Source of the DNA: the human T2T-CHM13v2.0 reference genome, Homo sapiens
Length of the DNA: 64,000 nucleotides
Assembly: GCF_009914755.1 (NCBI RefSeq)
Contig: NC_060928.1
Reading direction: 5' to 3' (one strand)
Shown here piece by piece: positions 27,819 to 40,228 of the stretch. The translations under genes were made by a program, and so were the position numbers. The notes below the pieces were generated by a model. The model made no database searches. It saw only the letters and a list, made by a program, of their open reading frames with translations, and was not told the DNA's origin. The first letter of the stretch is position 1. Every line of letters starts with the position of its first letter.

Positions 27819-27965
27819 AAATCAGCAGAAAATTTCCAACTTTGTCTTTATTTTCCAATGGATTTATATTTGGTAGCCAAGTTCTAATGTGGAATATATA
27901 TAAGTGAAATAATCAATGGGATGAAATCGTCATGTTTCCCTTAGTATATGTTACTTAGGAGGCAC
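27819..27965 (+). repeat. Local duplication, copy B (pairs with 26875-27022)
   Basis: Manual alignment, offset ~943 bp. Confidence 0.95.
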
Positions 27966-27968
27966 GGT

Positions 27969-28168
27969 AAGTATTTTAAATATTACAAGAAGTATTTTAA
28001 AATACTTACAGGAAGGAAGTATTTTAAAATACTTACAGGAAGGAAGTATTTTAAAATACTTACAGGAAGGAAGTATTTTAAAATACTTACAGGAAGGAAG
28101 TATTTTAAAATACTTACAGGAAGGAAGTATTTTAAAATACTTACAGGAAGGAAGTATTTTAAATATTA
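27969..28168. repeat. Minisatellite: 6 perfect copies of the 27-mer AAGTATTTTAAAATACTTACAGGAAGG
   Basis: Units start at 27990, 28017, 28044, 28071, 28098 and 28125; bracketed by AAGTATTTTAAATATTA at 27969-27985 and 28152-28168. Confidence 0.98.
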
Positions 28169-28299
28169 ACTGGCAATGTTATAAAAACCAGGTAATTAAT
28201 ATATTTATCAGTAGAATAACATCATTAGTAGTCATTAATTATCATAATATATTTTCATACATTTTGAAATATGAATGATTATTAATTTATCTTGTGCTT

Positions 28300-28490
28300 T
28301 TCATGCATCACAGTTTTAAGTGCTTTTACATATATTAGTCATTTAATTCTTATAAGTACCTAACGAAAGAGGTGCCATTATTGTCTCTGTTTACATATAA
28401 GGGAGCTAAGAAAAATTAAGTCGCTTTCCTATGGAGACACAGTTAGGAAATAGTGGGCAAGGTTTCAAACTGGGTAGCCTACCTCTAGGT
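28300..28490. mobile_element. MIR
   Basis: TGCTTTTACATATATTAGTCATTTAATTCT..GGTTTCAAACT core. Confidence 0.6.
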
Positions 28491-29833
28491 CAGGATAATG
28501 TAAATTATAATATAAAAAAATTTTATATCCTAGAAGAGTTATATAACATAAAATTTCAGTTTATTTTATTCTGTAATGTAACCTTTTTGTTCCTTGAGTT
28601 CAGGAATGTTCTAACAAACAGGAGAAGTCCCTGGACCAGATGTAGGCAGGCAGTTATCAAAAATCAACATGTGTGGAATGACAGAGGCAAACAAGATAAA
28701 AAGCAGTGGAGAAGAGGCAAGTGGGTAGAGCTGAGTCAGAGGATGGGAGAAGAACACCCATGATGAAAGCTGTGGGGTTTGTGAAGTCATGTGGTTTAAG
28801 GGCTAAAATTGTAAATGGTAGGCATTCAGTAAGTGCTGTTTTCCTTTTATGTAAGGCCTAGAGCTCACTTGGGAGAGGGTGGCTACATCAGGGGGCTGAA
28901 TCAGACCAAATGTTTTGGGATTTGCTTTGAAGTTAATTAACCAGATCATTCAAAGTATTTTCCTTGGAACAAAAGAATTTTGGCCCTCAGTTTTGGCTCA
29001 GTTTTAGCTCACTCTTGAGACTAAAGGATAGTCTCAATTTGAAAAATTCTTACAGACAGTACAAGTCTCAGCTTTAACTATAAAAATATCACTTACCATA
29101 TGGAAATTTACAATTGCTTCCTTAGCACTTCAGTTTTTATCCAAAAGCCCCTAGCTACTAACCAAGCATCTAAACCCTTCTTCCCCAACTCTAACCGTTT
29201 TTTAAGAGGAAATAGTAGCCTGGTCCTAGAATTTCTGCATTATCTAAAGTTTCACTCTTTCATTAGAAGAGATAATAAATCAAAAAAACATTTTTTTGCA
29301 ATAATCATCAGAACATTACCTTTGTCTTGTAGATAACAGAATGACGGCTCAGAGTAGGTAACATTTTGCCTCAAACACAAAGTAGAAAGGAGTAAAATAA
29401 AAAAGTAAACTGAGATCTAACTGCGGAGCTGTTTTTCTTAACACTGTACTATGCTACCTTCACCAAACAGCAGTATAAATTACTTTCTTTTTTACTATTA
29501 GGAGGAGACACCATCTTTATACCACTCATGTTTCCTACCTTCAAGTCATCAATTGCATAAAATTTATACACTGAAGAATAATAACTTTGATCCATAAAAC
29601 AAGAAACTCCATGCATGAGTCTTAAGGAAATTAAATAACTGTTTCTTTACAGTTCCCCCCAATTTTTTTTTTAAAAAATCATATTAGGATTTTTAGTTTT
29701 AGTTCAGATGGAGTAACAGAGATCAGACTTATCTTCCAACCTGGAATAGCCAAAAGCAAACAAACACTATATATAATACAATTTTTTTAAGTCATTAGCC
29801 AACAAAAGATGATGAGCCCTGAAATTTGAGAAG

Positions 29834-29961
29834 TGTATTAGCTTCCTATTTCTGCTTTAATAAATTACTCCAAAAGTTATAGCTTAAAACAACACAAATT
29901 TATTCTTTTATAGTTCTTGAGCTGAGAAGTTCAAAACCACCATCAATGAATGAAAGTCAAG
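29834..29961 (-). mobile_element. MLT1 (C/D-type) LTR end fragment
   Basis: TGTATTAG.TTCCTATT.CTGCT..GCTTAAAACAACACAAATTTATT..AGTTCT. Confidence 0.75.
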
Positions 29962-30218
29962 TACTCTACCAAAAAAGTAAGGATTTGTTTGATTTTTGTG
30001 TTTGTTTTGCTTTGTTTTGTCTGAGAAGGCAGGTGGTGGAAAGAGATAGAAATGGAAATGTACAGCTCTAAGACTTGTATACAATCTGAGTAGTATAATA
30101 TGATTTGACTGTGTGATAAGTTAAGATTGTACCAGGAACCCTAAATCACCCGCTTAAATAATACAACCAAAAAATGATTTGAAAGTTTTAAAAATATTAC
30201 ATATTTTGAACCACACTC

Positions 30219-30981
30219 TTTATTTTCTTAACTTTTATTTTAAGTTCAGGGATACACGTGCAGGTTTGTTACATAGGTAAATTTATGTCATGGGAGTTTG
30301 TTGTACAGATTATTTCATCACCTAGGTGTTAAGCTTAATACCCATTAGTTATTGTTTCTGATCCTCTTCCCTCCTTCCACCCTGCACACTCGGTTAAGGT
30401 GCAGTGTGTGTTGTTCCCCTCTATGTGTCCATGTGTTCTAACCATTTAACCTCCACTTATGAGTGAGAACATGCAGTATTTGGTTTTCTGTTCCTGTGTT
30501 AGTTTGCCAACGATCATGGCCTCCAGCTCTATCCACGTCCATGCAATGGACATGATCTCATTCTTTTTTATGGCTGCGTAGTATTTCATGATGTATATGT
30601 GCCACATTTTCTTTATCAAGTCTGTCATTGTTGGACATTTAGGTTGATTCCATATCTTTGCTATTGTGAATAGGGCTGCAATGAACATATGTGTGTGTGT
30701 GGGTGTTTATAAGAGAGTGATTTATATTCCTTTGGGTATATACTCAACTGTGTTGAATGATTTCTGTCTCTAGGTCTTTGAGGAATCACCACACTGTCTT
30801 TTACAACAGCTGAACTAATTTACACTCCCACCAACAGTGTATAAGCGTTTCTTTTTCTCCACAACATCACCAGCATCTGTTATTTTTTTTACTTTTTAAT
30901 AACAGCATTCTGACTGGTGTTAGATGTAATCTGCAAACAGGGATGTTTGACTTCCTCTCTTCCTATTTGTATGACCTTTAT
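30219..30981 (-). mobile_element. Older L1PA (about L1PA13-15 type) 3' end, 5'-truncated, with an internal jump at ~30925
   Basis: TTTTAAGTTCAGGG.TACA.GTGCAGGTTTGTTAC 3'UTR; ORF2 C-terminus MFIAALFTIAKIWNQPKC. Confidence 0.9.
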
Positions 30982-31690
30982 AAAAATACCATTTTTATCA
31001 GAATCAAAAACAATGAAATACTTTGGCATAAACCTGACAAAAAATGTGCTATATCAGTAATGTGACTATGAGGAAACATGGTAGACATAAACTAAAGACC
31101 ACATAAATGAAGACATATAGTTCAGAAGATTTAAAATTGTTAAGATATCAATTTTCCCCCATGTAATCCCAATTAAAATCACTGAAGGATTTTTTTTTTT
31201 CAGAAATTGACAAACTGATTATAATATTCACATGGAAATGTAAAGTACCTATAACAGCCAAAAATCTTGTCAAAAGAAAAAAATTGAGGGACTAGCACTA
31301 TCTAGTTTCAATAATTATTATAAAACTATAGTAATTACAAAGTTGTGACTTGGGCATAAAGATAGACAGATTTAAAAATAAAACAGAATACAGTTCAGAA
31401 ATAGATCCAAATGTATATGGAAAATTATTTTTGACAACACTGCAAAAGGAAATTCAGTGGGAAATGATATATCTTTGCTACAAATAATACTAGAACAACT
31501 AAATATCCATATAAACATAAAAAAACTTTGATTAATGTCTCATAGCATAAATTAAATTTAACTCAGAATAAATCATAGATATAATTATAAAATCTAAATC
31601 TATACAATATCTAGAAAACATAGAAGCAAATTATTATAACTGAGGTTTGGCAAAAAATTTTTGGATATGACACACAAAAAATTTTAGGAC
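30982..31690 (+). mobile_element. Old L1M ORF2 3' region
   Basis: AGAAATTGACAAACTGATT.TAA.ATTCACATGGAAATG and CAGAAATAGATCCA motifs. Confidence 0.75.
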
Positions 31691-33532
31691 ATAATGGAAA
31701 TAGTTTCCAATGATCTTGCAATCATGTAGACATAAGAGAGTTACTTCAAGGGTGGGCCGAAACCTGTGGTACAAGCCTTGAATGCCATTTTGGTAGTATA
31801 GTTCAAACAAATTGGGAAAAACAGCCTCTTCAGCAAAAACCTTACATATCTTCCAGTGAGATTTTATTCCACTTGAGTCAAATTCACATCTCTTATTTAA
31901 GCTGTTTAACTTATAGTGCTAAACACAATATTTAATATACAGTAAGAATGCAATAAGTAGAGCTTTGAGGATTGGCATTGTTTATTACTGCAGCATGACC
32001 TAGCCCATTCTGACTGATGATTATAGGAACATGATAACAAGAGCACTCTGAATAATGTCTTTACCTTAGTACAAAGTTAAAAGATATGGTAGATATGTTC
32101 TCTTCTTCAATCTGGGAACTGAAGTGTTACTCAAGTGTATTCAGTTTATGAAAATGCATTGATCTGAATACTTATTGGTGTTTTCCCATATATGTGTGTC
32201 TAGACAGATACATATATACAACACTAACATGTATATATTATATATTTATATAAATATTATGCACATACATAATTATTTGTGCATACATTGTGTTAACATA
32301 TATAATATGTGTATACAGACAGTACAAATCTTTAATACTAAAAGTTTCTTTTAAAATGACAGAATAGAGAAATTTAAACCATGTGTTTTTTTTTTTTCTT
32401 TTTGGAAGTTGGATATGTTCACTAAGTAAATGGCCATATTAGGAGCAGAAGGCATTTCCAGTGATCTGAAAGTCATATACAAACTATTGGAGAAAGAACA
32501 AATGGACACTGGGAAGCCAATAAAAAAGAGATTATGGCAATATAGTTTTATGCTAATCAAAGTGACAATTAGAATTTTTGGTGAAAAAAGAGGATTTTGT
32601 AAATTCTAACAGGGGATGCTGATGATAGAAGTGACTGAATGTAACATGACAAGAAAAATGAATGAGTTTGTTCCAGGCATATTAGATCTCAGGTAGCAAG
32701 GTAGGTAGTGCTAAAGCACAGAGCAGAGGAACAGTCAGACAGAGAAGGAGATTTCTAGGTAAATCTGGTGCTCTGTCCTCACTCTAGACACAAGTCCTCA
32801 AAACTAGACACTCTAGACACAAGTAAGATATCCTGAAGACTGGTAATAATGCTGGGCCAGGAAAAGGACCAAGCAGCATAGATTTAGGTTGGTTTTATTT
32901 TTTTAATTTCAAATAGCTAAGCTAATGCCAAATCTTTGTCTTTTTCGGAATAATATTCTGAATAAACTTTAGCATTTGTTTTCTAAAGTTTCATGGATTT
33001 TATTTTTGCCAAAACTTTCATTTCACATGATGAATTAATAATATATCTGCTGTTAGTGGATTCTGAAGAAAATGTGAAAATGGCCCAACTTACCACATTT
33101 TTTAAGTTCAGTAGTTTTGAAGATCATACTCTTCTTCATTGAAAACTGACAGAACATAGCTATGGGAAAGACAGACATGCAGGTTTTACAAATTCATAGT
33201 TAATCTATATGTTTTTTAAATGATATCCAAAACAAAAGATTTTTTTACAGGCTTATCTATGTTTGTTATTCTGATTGGGCCATATTGCCAAGTTTTGGAG
33301 CTCCTAGTCATGTAAAGTGAGACACGAATTCTCTAGAATTTGGACTTTGAATCACCCTCCAGGACAGAAAATATGCCTCCAGTGTCAGCCTTGAAAAGAT
33401 GTGGAGTTGAAGGGGCAAAGAATAAAGCTAAATGAGTCCTTACCACAAGGACTAGGCAGCATAGATTTGAGATATTGCTATTAAAGTGAAGTAATAGGAT
33501 GTCGGAGCAGGCAAGAGCATGGCAATCCAGCT

Positions 33533-33932
33533 TGCATTAGTCACTTCTCACACTGCTAAATGCCTGAGATTCTGTAATATACAAAGAAAACAGGTTTAAT
33601 TTGTTCATGATTCCACAGACTGTACAGGAAGCATGGTAACATCTGCTTCTGGGGAGGCCTCAGGGAGACTTTACAATCATGGTGGAAGGCAAAGGGGAAG
33701 CAGCCTTGTCTTATGTGGCCAGAGCAGGAGGAAGAGAAAGAGGGGAGAGGCGCCATACACTTTTAAACAACCAGATCTCAGGAGAAGTCACTATTGCAAC
33801 CAAGTGGGACAGTGCTAAGCCATTCCAAATTGTCCCCATGATCCAATCACCTCCCACCAAGTCCCACCTCCAACACTGTGGACTACAATTCACCATGAGA
33901 TGTGGGCAGGGACACAGATTCAAACCATATAA
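33533..33932 (-). mobile_element. MSTA-like LTR (left arm of the inverted element)
   Basis: TGCATTAGTC..GAGGCCTCAGG..TACAATCATGGTGGAAGGC..CAAACCATATAA. Confidence 0.92.
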
Positions 33933-34181
33933 TTCCACCACTGGCCTGTCCCAAATCTCATGTCCTTTTCATATTGCAAAATAGAATTATGCCTTCTCAA
34001 CAGTCCCCCAAAGTCTTAACTCATTTCAGCATTAACTCAAAAGTCTAAAGTCCAAAGTATCATCTGAGACAAGGCTAGTCCTTCTGCGTATGAGCCTGTA
34101 AAATCAGAAACAAGTTAGTTACTTCCAAGATACAATGAAAGTACAGGCATTGGGTAAATATTCCCATTCTAAAAGGGAGAA
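33933..34181 (-). mobile_element. MST-int 3' end, minus orientation
   Basis: CCCAAATCTCATGTCC..CCCAAAGTCTTAACTCATTTCAGCATTAACTC..CATTGGGTAAATA. Confidence 0.92.
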
Positions 34182-34629
34182 GGGGCCATGGGGGCTGACC
34201 CTCTGCAAAGCAATAGGGGCAGAGCTGCCCAAGGCCTTGGGAGCCTACCCCTTGTATTAGTGTGTCTTGGATGTTAAGACGTGGAGTCAAAAGAGATTAT
34301 TTTGGAGCTTTAATATTTATTGACTGCCCTCTGGGTTTTCAACTTTCACAGGACTTGTAGCCCCTTTCTTGTGGCCAATTTCTCCCTTTTGGAATGGGAA
34401 TATTTACCCAATGCTTGTACCCCAATTGTATCTTGGAAGTAACTAACTTGCTTTTGGTTTCACAGGTTCATATGCAGAAGGGATTAGTCTTGTCTCAGAA
34501 GAGACTTTAGACTTTGGACTTTGGAGTTAATGCTGAAATGAGTTAAGACTTTGGGGGACTGTTGGGAAGGCATGATTGTATTTTGCAATGTGAGAAGGAC
34601 ATGAGATTTGAGAAGGGCCAGTGGTTAAA
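34182..34629 (+). mobile_element. MST-int 3' end, plus orientation
   Basis: GCAGAGCTGCCCAAGGCCTTGGGAGCC..GAGTTAATGCTGAAATGAGTTAAGACTTTGGGGGACTG. Confidence 0.92.
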
Positions 34630-35022
34630 TGATATGGTGTGAATCCATGTCTCTGCCCAAGTCTCATGTTGAATTGTAATCCCCAGGGCTGGAAATGGGA
34701 CCTGGTGCTGTGGTGATAGGATCGGGGGGGCATTTTCTAATGGTTTAGCATCATCCCTCTTGGTCTCAATAGCTAGTTCTTAAAAGTGTTGTTTAAAATT
34801 ATGTGGCACCTTCTCCTCCCCTTCCTCCTGCTCTGGCCACGTAAGACAAGCTTGCTTCCCCTTTGCCTTCCACCATGATTGTAAAATCTTCCTGATGCCT
34901 CCCCAGAAGCTGCCATGCTTACTGTACAGCCTGCAGAATCATGAGCCACTTATACCTCTTTTTCTTATACATTCTTGAGTCTCAGGTACTTCTTCATAGC
35001 AATGTGAAAATGGACAAATACA
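34630..35022 (+). mobile_element. MSTA-like LTR (right arm of the inverted element)
   Basis: TGATATGG..TCTCATGTTGAATTGTAATCCCCA..GGACAAATACA, followed by TSD CAGCT. Confidence 0.92.
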
Positions 35023-35115
35023 CAGCTGAAAGGTGACATCAGAAAATCCAAGAAGCAAACTATTGGCAGGCCAACAGGTGCACAGGTACCAACAACCAGA
35101 CAAAAAAAAAGAAGG

Positions 35116-35637
<522 letters not shown>

Positions 35638-35858
35638 CTACAGATGGACAAGTGACATCAGTTGTAAGGAGACCAGTTACTGAGACTGGGAACCAGAGTG
35701 GGCCTGACAGATGATTGATTATTTATGAAATGCTTCTGTTCCCATTAGGAAGTATAAGCATATCAAAATAGAATTGTTGATCCTTGAGAGATCATAATGC
35801 TTGTGTTTACTCTCTAGTTTCCAAGGCTTTTTAAAAGCATTCTGATGGCATATTAAGA

Positions 35859-36030
35859 CAGAGAGTCTCAAACTTTAATGTGCCTATGAATCACCTAAGG
35901 ATTTTGAAAAAAAAAAAAAAAAAAAAGCAGGTGCTGATTCACTAGGTCTGGGTGGGACCTGCGTGTCTGCATTTCTCAGATGTCCCCATGAAACGTCCTT
36001 GGTGCTGGTTCTTGGCCTACATCTAGAAAG
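35859..36030. mobile_element. MER5-family hAT element with an expanded internal poly(A)
   Basis: TCTCAAACTTTAATGTGC.TA.GAATCACCT..TGATTCA.TAGGTCTGGG..TCTGCATTTCT. Confidence 0.7.
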
Positions 36031-36399
36031 ATGTTAGGAGGCCTCGAGGACATTCAAACAAAACAGTGAAAACTAAAATAATCCTAAAATACTGAAGCAT
36101 AAATATAGAAAAAATAATTTCTAGAAATTTTTTCTCATTTTTCAAGATATTAGCTTTCTGCTAAACTAGCAATATTTGATCCAAGACATTTTAACCCTTT
36201 CTTTGGCTTCACCTGGTATCAAGGAGAGAAAAAAAATATCTCCATTCCCTTGATTTGTAGCCATGATATGGCATTGAAAAAAATCATGTGGACCTCTGTA
36301 GAGAACTTCTTTATTCAGAGGCATTCTGCAATGAGTCAATAAAAGGGAATCCAATATGTACTGTAAGAATTACCTAAGAGTAAGACATGCAGGATAGCA

Positions 36400-36600
36400 C
36401 CATAAGAAAAAAGCATAGGCTTTGACTGCACTGAGCCTGGTTCAGTTCTCTACTCTGCCTCCCAAAATGTGACTTTGAACAAGTTATCTCCTCTCAGAGA
36501 TATGTGATTCTCATATACAAAGACAGATATGTATTTCAGAACAAATTTTTAATTAGGAAGGATCAAGTACCTACAATTATCCCCACAATAAGTGACAGCT
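36400..36600. mobile_element. MIR
   Basis: CCTGGTTCA..CTCTGCC..TGTGACTTTGAACAAGTTA core. Confidence 0.6.
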
Positions 36601-37007
36601 GGTTATTTACGTCTGCTGGTAATTGCTGAGCTCATGTTTATATGCAGGGGAGAAGTGTCTTTACTTTAAAGGAAAACCGTATTTCTGAGTAAGGCCTTCA
36701 ATTCTGTGTGGGCACTTTCATCCAACAGCATTGAGTTCCTCCATTACTTACAAAGATAAGATGAAATCAGAAAATTTGGAGTGACTTCCAAAGCCACACA
36801 GAAACCACGCAATGTCAGGAGAATCAGATGGGTTCCTTTTATTCAAGTATTTTTGTGTACATCTCCACTTTAGTCAATTAACTGCCTATGAAAAAAAATT
36901 CTGTTCATACCATCCAATTAAAATCTTAACCCTGGCCTTTTGCCTTATCCATGATACATAATAAAGTATCTATGTCATGGGCATTTGCTATCTGCCTGGT
37001 ACTATAC

Positions 37008-37373
37008 TGATATGGTGTGGCTGTGTTCCCACCAAAATCTCATCTTGAATTGTAGCTCCCGTAATTCCCACAAGTTGCAGGAGGCACCCGGTGGGAGGTA
37101 ATTTAATCATTGGGGGCAGGTATTTCCCATGCTGTTGGCATGATATTGAATAAGTCACATGAGATCTGATGGTTTTATAAAGAGGAGCTCCCCTCCACAT
37201 GCTCTCTTGCCTGCTACCATGTAAGATGTGCCTCTACTCCTCATTTGGCCTTCCTCCACGATCGTGAGGCCTCCCAAGCCATGAACAACTATCAGTCAAT
37301 TAAACCTCTTTCCTTTACACATTACCCAGTCTCAGGTATGTCTTTATTAGCATCCTGAGGACAGAATAATAAA
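37008..37373 (+). mobile_element. THE1 (THE1B-like) solo LTR
   Basis: TGATATGGTGTGGCTGTG start and TCAATTAAACCTCTTTCCTTTA; TSD TATAC/TGTAC with 1 mismatch. Confidence 0.93.
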
Positions 37374-38344
37374 TGTACTTAACATATTTTTAAGAATTTT
37401 AAAAACAGCAATTTTATGTGAAGAGCATGGAAGTCAAGCATCTTTGGAAAAATGGACTTTCTCATAGAACCAGGTAGCAAAGTACAGTGAGTGGAAGGAA
37501 CCTACACAATTTAGAAACAATTAATAAGAATCTGCCTTATTTTTTAAAAGTCCTAAATGTTGACATTTTTCAGAAAAAAAATTTAACAGGTAAGTGTATC
37601 ACTGTTTTTAAATTGAACTGCTGAAACTTCAATATATAATAATACTTCAATAATAAATTGAACTACTGAAACTTTCAATATATTGAAATATTTTCACTAC
37701 TTTAGTATTTTATTACTCACAATTGCATGAAAATTTTAATATAAATGATATTGGAAAAAAGAAAATTACCAAAACTTCCTGTATCTGACCTTAGTTCACC
37801 ATTTGTTATGGCAACTTTAGCTTCCCATGAAGGAAAATATCTGATATTCAACAACAGGATTAAGAAATCTCTGTATGAACAATAAAATGCTGTTCATCAT
37901 TGTATAAATTAGGCAACATACATGGCATGGCAGCTAGATTGTTACATTCTTGGCATGAACTTCAGATAACTGTCTTGAAACAAATCAACCAGCTAGGCCC
38001 TCTGTGTCTTCCACAGAGCACCTCTAGCAGCTTGGTCTAGTATAGTCCTAAGCAATTTCTCACAACAAGCTCTGGAGAGGAGGTTTACAATCAGAATATG
38101 TCTAATTTCATGAAGTGCCAGGAATAATTAACACTTTGAAGAGAGGGACATTTATATAAGAATGGTTTGTAGTCAGTTACTACCAAGTTATTTACATCCA
38201 GCAAACACATTAGATACAGAGGTTTCTCCATACAGAAGTTCCCTGCTTTCAGGGTACATGGTAAAAGGAGGGTCTAGGACCACAGGGAACTGGAAAGAGG
38301 GAACATAATTAAGAAGTCTAAACATATCCCAAATCTATCATTTA

Positions 38345-38530
38345 ATAATGACAGGGATTATTCCCATTTTCCAAGGGAAAATGGGGCTTAGAGACAGTAA
38401 GTACTTGCCCAAGTATATGAAGACAAAAAGTGAAAGAGAATTTGAATCCATTCATCAATAAATTTTCATTGAGCACATAAAATATGTCAGACACCATGAA
38501 CAAAGCAGGCATTTTTAACCACCACATACC
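38345..38530. mobile_element. MIR with an adjacent L2 fragment
   Basis: CCCATTTT.CAAG.GAAAATGGGGCT.AGAGA..ACTTGCCCAAG; CATTCATCAA..TTGAGCAC. Confidence 0.55.
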
Positions 38531-40084
38531 ATGACCTCCTCATACTGATCACAGGAACACAAAGAAGGAAATGATGGAAACACTTCCTTTTTAATACTAT
38601 TTTTTTAGAGCAACAACTTTATATTTAATAGGTGAACAGAAACACCAACTTCATATTTTAAAGAAGAGTTCTCTGTATTTTTTCCTGATACTTGGGGAAA
38701 AAATTACCTTGTTTTAGTTATTATTTATTATGGTCCAAGTTTGCATCATCTGAAATATGAACAAAACATGCATGTAGAATAAGAAAAGCTGCTAAAATTT
38801 TCAAGGCACTACTATTTCAACAGAACTGGAAGCTCATAATGTTTCAATCGTACTACAAAAATTCCTTTAGATAATCCTTCTAGAATTGAATTATTCTAGG
38901 CATAATAGTGAAAAAATGAATGCAAATCAATGTGATTAATACATTTAATTTGCTGTCAAATGTATAAAACTAATACAACATCTTGCTCAAAACAATGCTA
39001 AATATTCAAAGGCAATTCAGAAACATCTAGGAAGATGGATAATAGCTTATTCATTTTATAATTAGTTCTGAGGCAGCTATGAGTCTTTAGTCATTAAATA
39101 TCTGAAATCTATTTAGCATAATTGATACATGTGCATATGTAATACTTCTGATTGTAATCGATTCTATAAATAATGCATGCCATTTACAGCACACATCATT
39201 TGATTTGTTTTCAATACTTATTTTAAAATATATATATGTTTTTTATTTCTGTATCTGATTTCTGAAAGTCATAGATTAAATTTTCACAAAATTTATTTGC
39301 TATTTTATCACTATTTGATTCCTGTTTAAATATTGCTCCTCAAAGCACTCAAATTAGAGGTATCATTAATCATCAAAAGCCTGCTGAAAAACAAGAAAGT
39401 TTAAAGTTAGTTTGAACATTACTTTACTCAAGAAACAGATGAATACATCTTGCAGAAATGCAGCAATTGACTATTCATTCTATATAACTCCATACAGCTT
39501 AGATTCTCATTTTGCATTTTTATTTTATTTTAGAGTTCTTCTTTCTTTCCTTTTATTAATCCAAATCCCTTGCCATTAGCTTTAAAACACTCATATAATA
39601 CACATTTGGCAATGCCTTTTAAGTGGACTTGAAAATCCCTCAATGACTAAAGGGTAAAGTAAAACCCTGACTTAGGACTTTTTAAAGTCAATATCCTTAG
39701 AATTAACTGGCTAATGCTCCACGATCTATTTCTCTATCCTTTTTTCAACATAGCAAGATTTTCACAGAAAGCAAATTGTTCATTTGTAAATGTCTGAATA
39801 TTCTTGCCCTGCTGTGTCCACAGCCTTTTTTGTGTATGTTGTTTTGTAACCCAGGAATTATTTGAAAAATAGTCTAAATGTAATTATAAAAATATAAAAA
39901 TATCTAGCTTATTCATGATTTCAGCAAATATATATTGGTAATCCACTGTGCCCTGGAACTATGCTACATGCGAATAACAAAATACAGTCCCTATTCACAA
40001 GGAGCATAACATATCCAAGTGTTCCCAACCTGGTAAGGATGACGATTGCAGGAAGCATTCATTATTCTGGGATCATAAGTCAAG

Positions 40085-40228
40085 GCAGCATGAGGGAGGC
40101 TCTCACCAGATGCAGTTGCCCAATCTTGGACTTTCCAGCCACAGAATTGTGAGTCAAATAAACTTCTTTCTTTAGAAATCACCCAGCTTCAGGTATTCTC
40201 CTATAGCAACACAAAACAGACAAAGAAA
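40085..40228 (+). mobile_element. MST/MLT1A-type LTR 3' fragment within an L2 relic
   Basis: CTCACCAGATGC..TCTTGGACTTTCCAGCC..AATAAA..CAGGTATTCT..TATAGCAACACAAAACAGAC. Confidence 0.8.

Noticed and set aside
27969-28168. CRISPR-like array of palindromic repeats
   Set aside because: The 9-bp linkers are identical rather than unique spacers, there are no cas genes and the DNA is primate; it is a minisatellite.
27948-28169. ORF encoding (KYFKILTGR)n
   Set aside because: Open only because the 27-bp unit is a stop-free multiple of 3; no coding or splice context.
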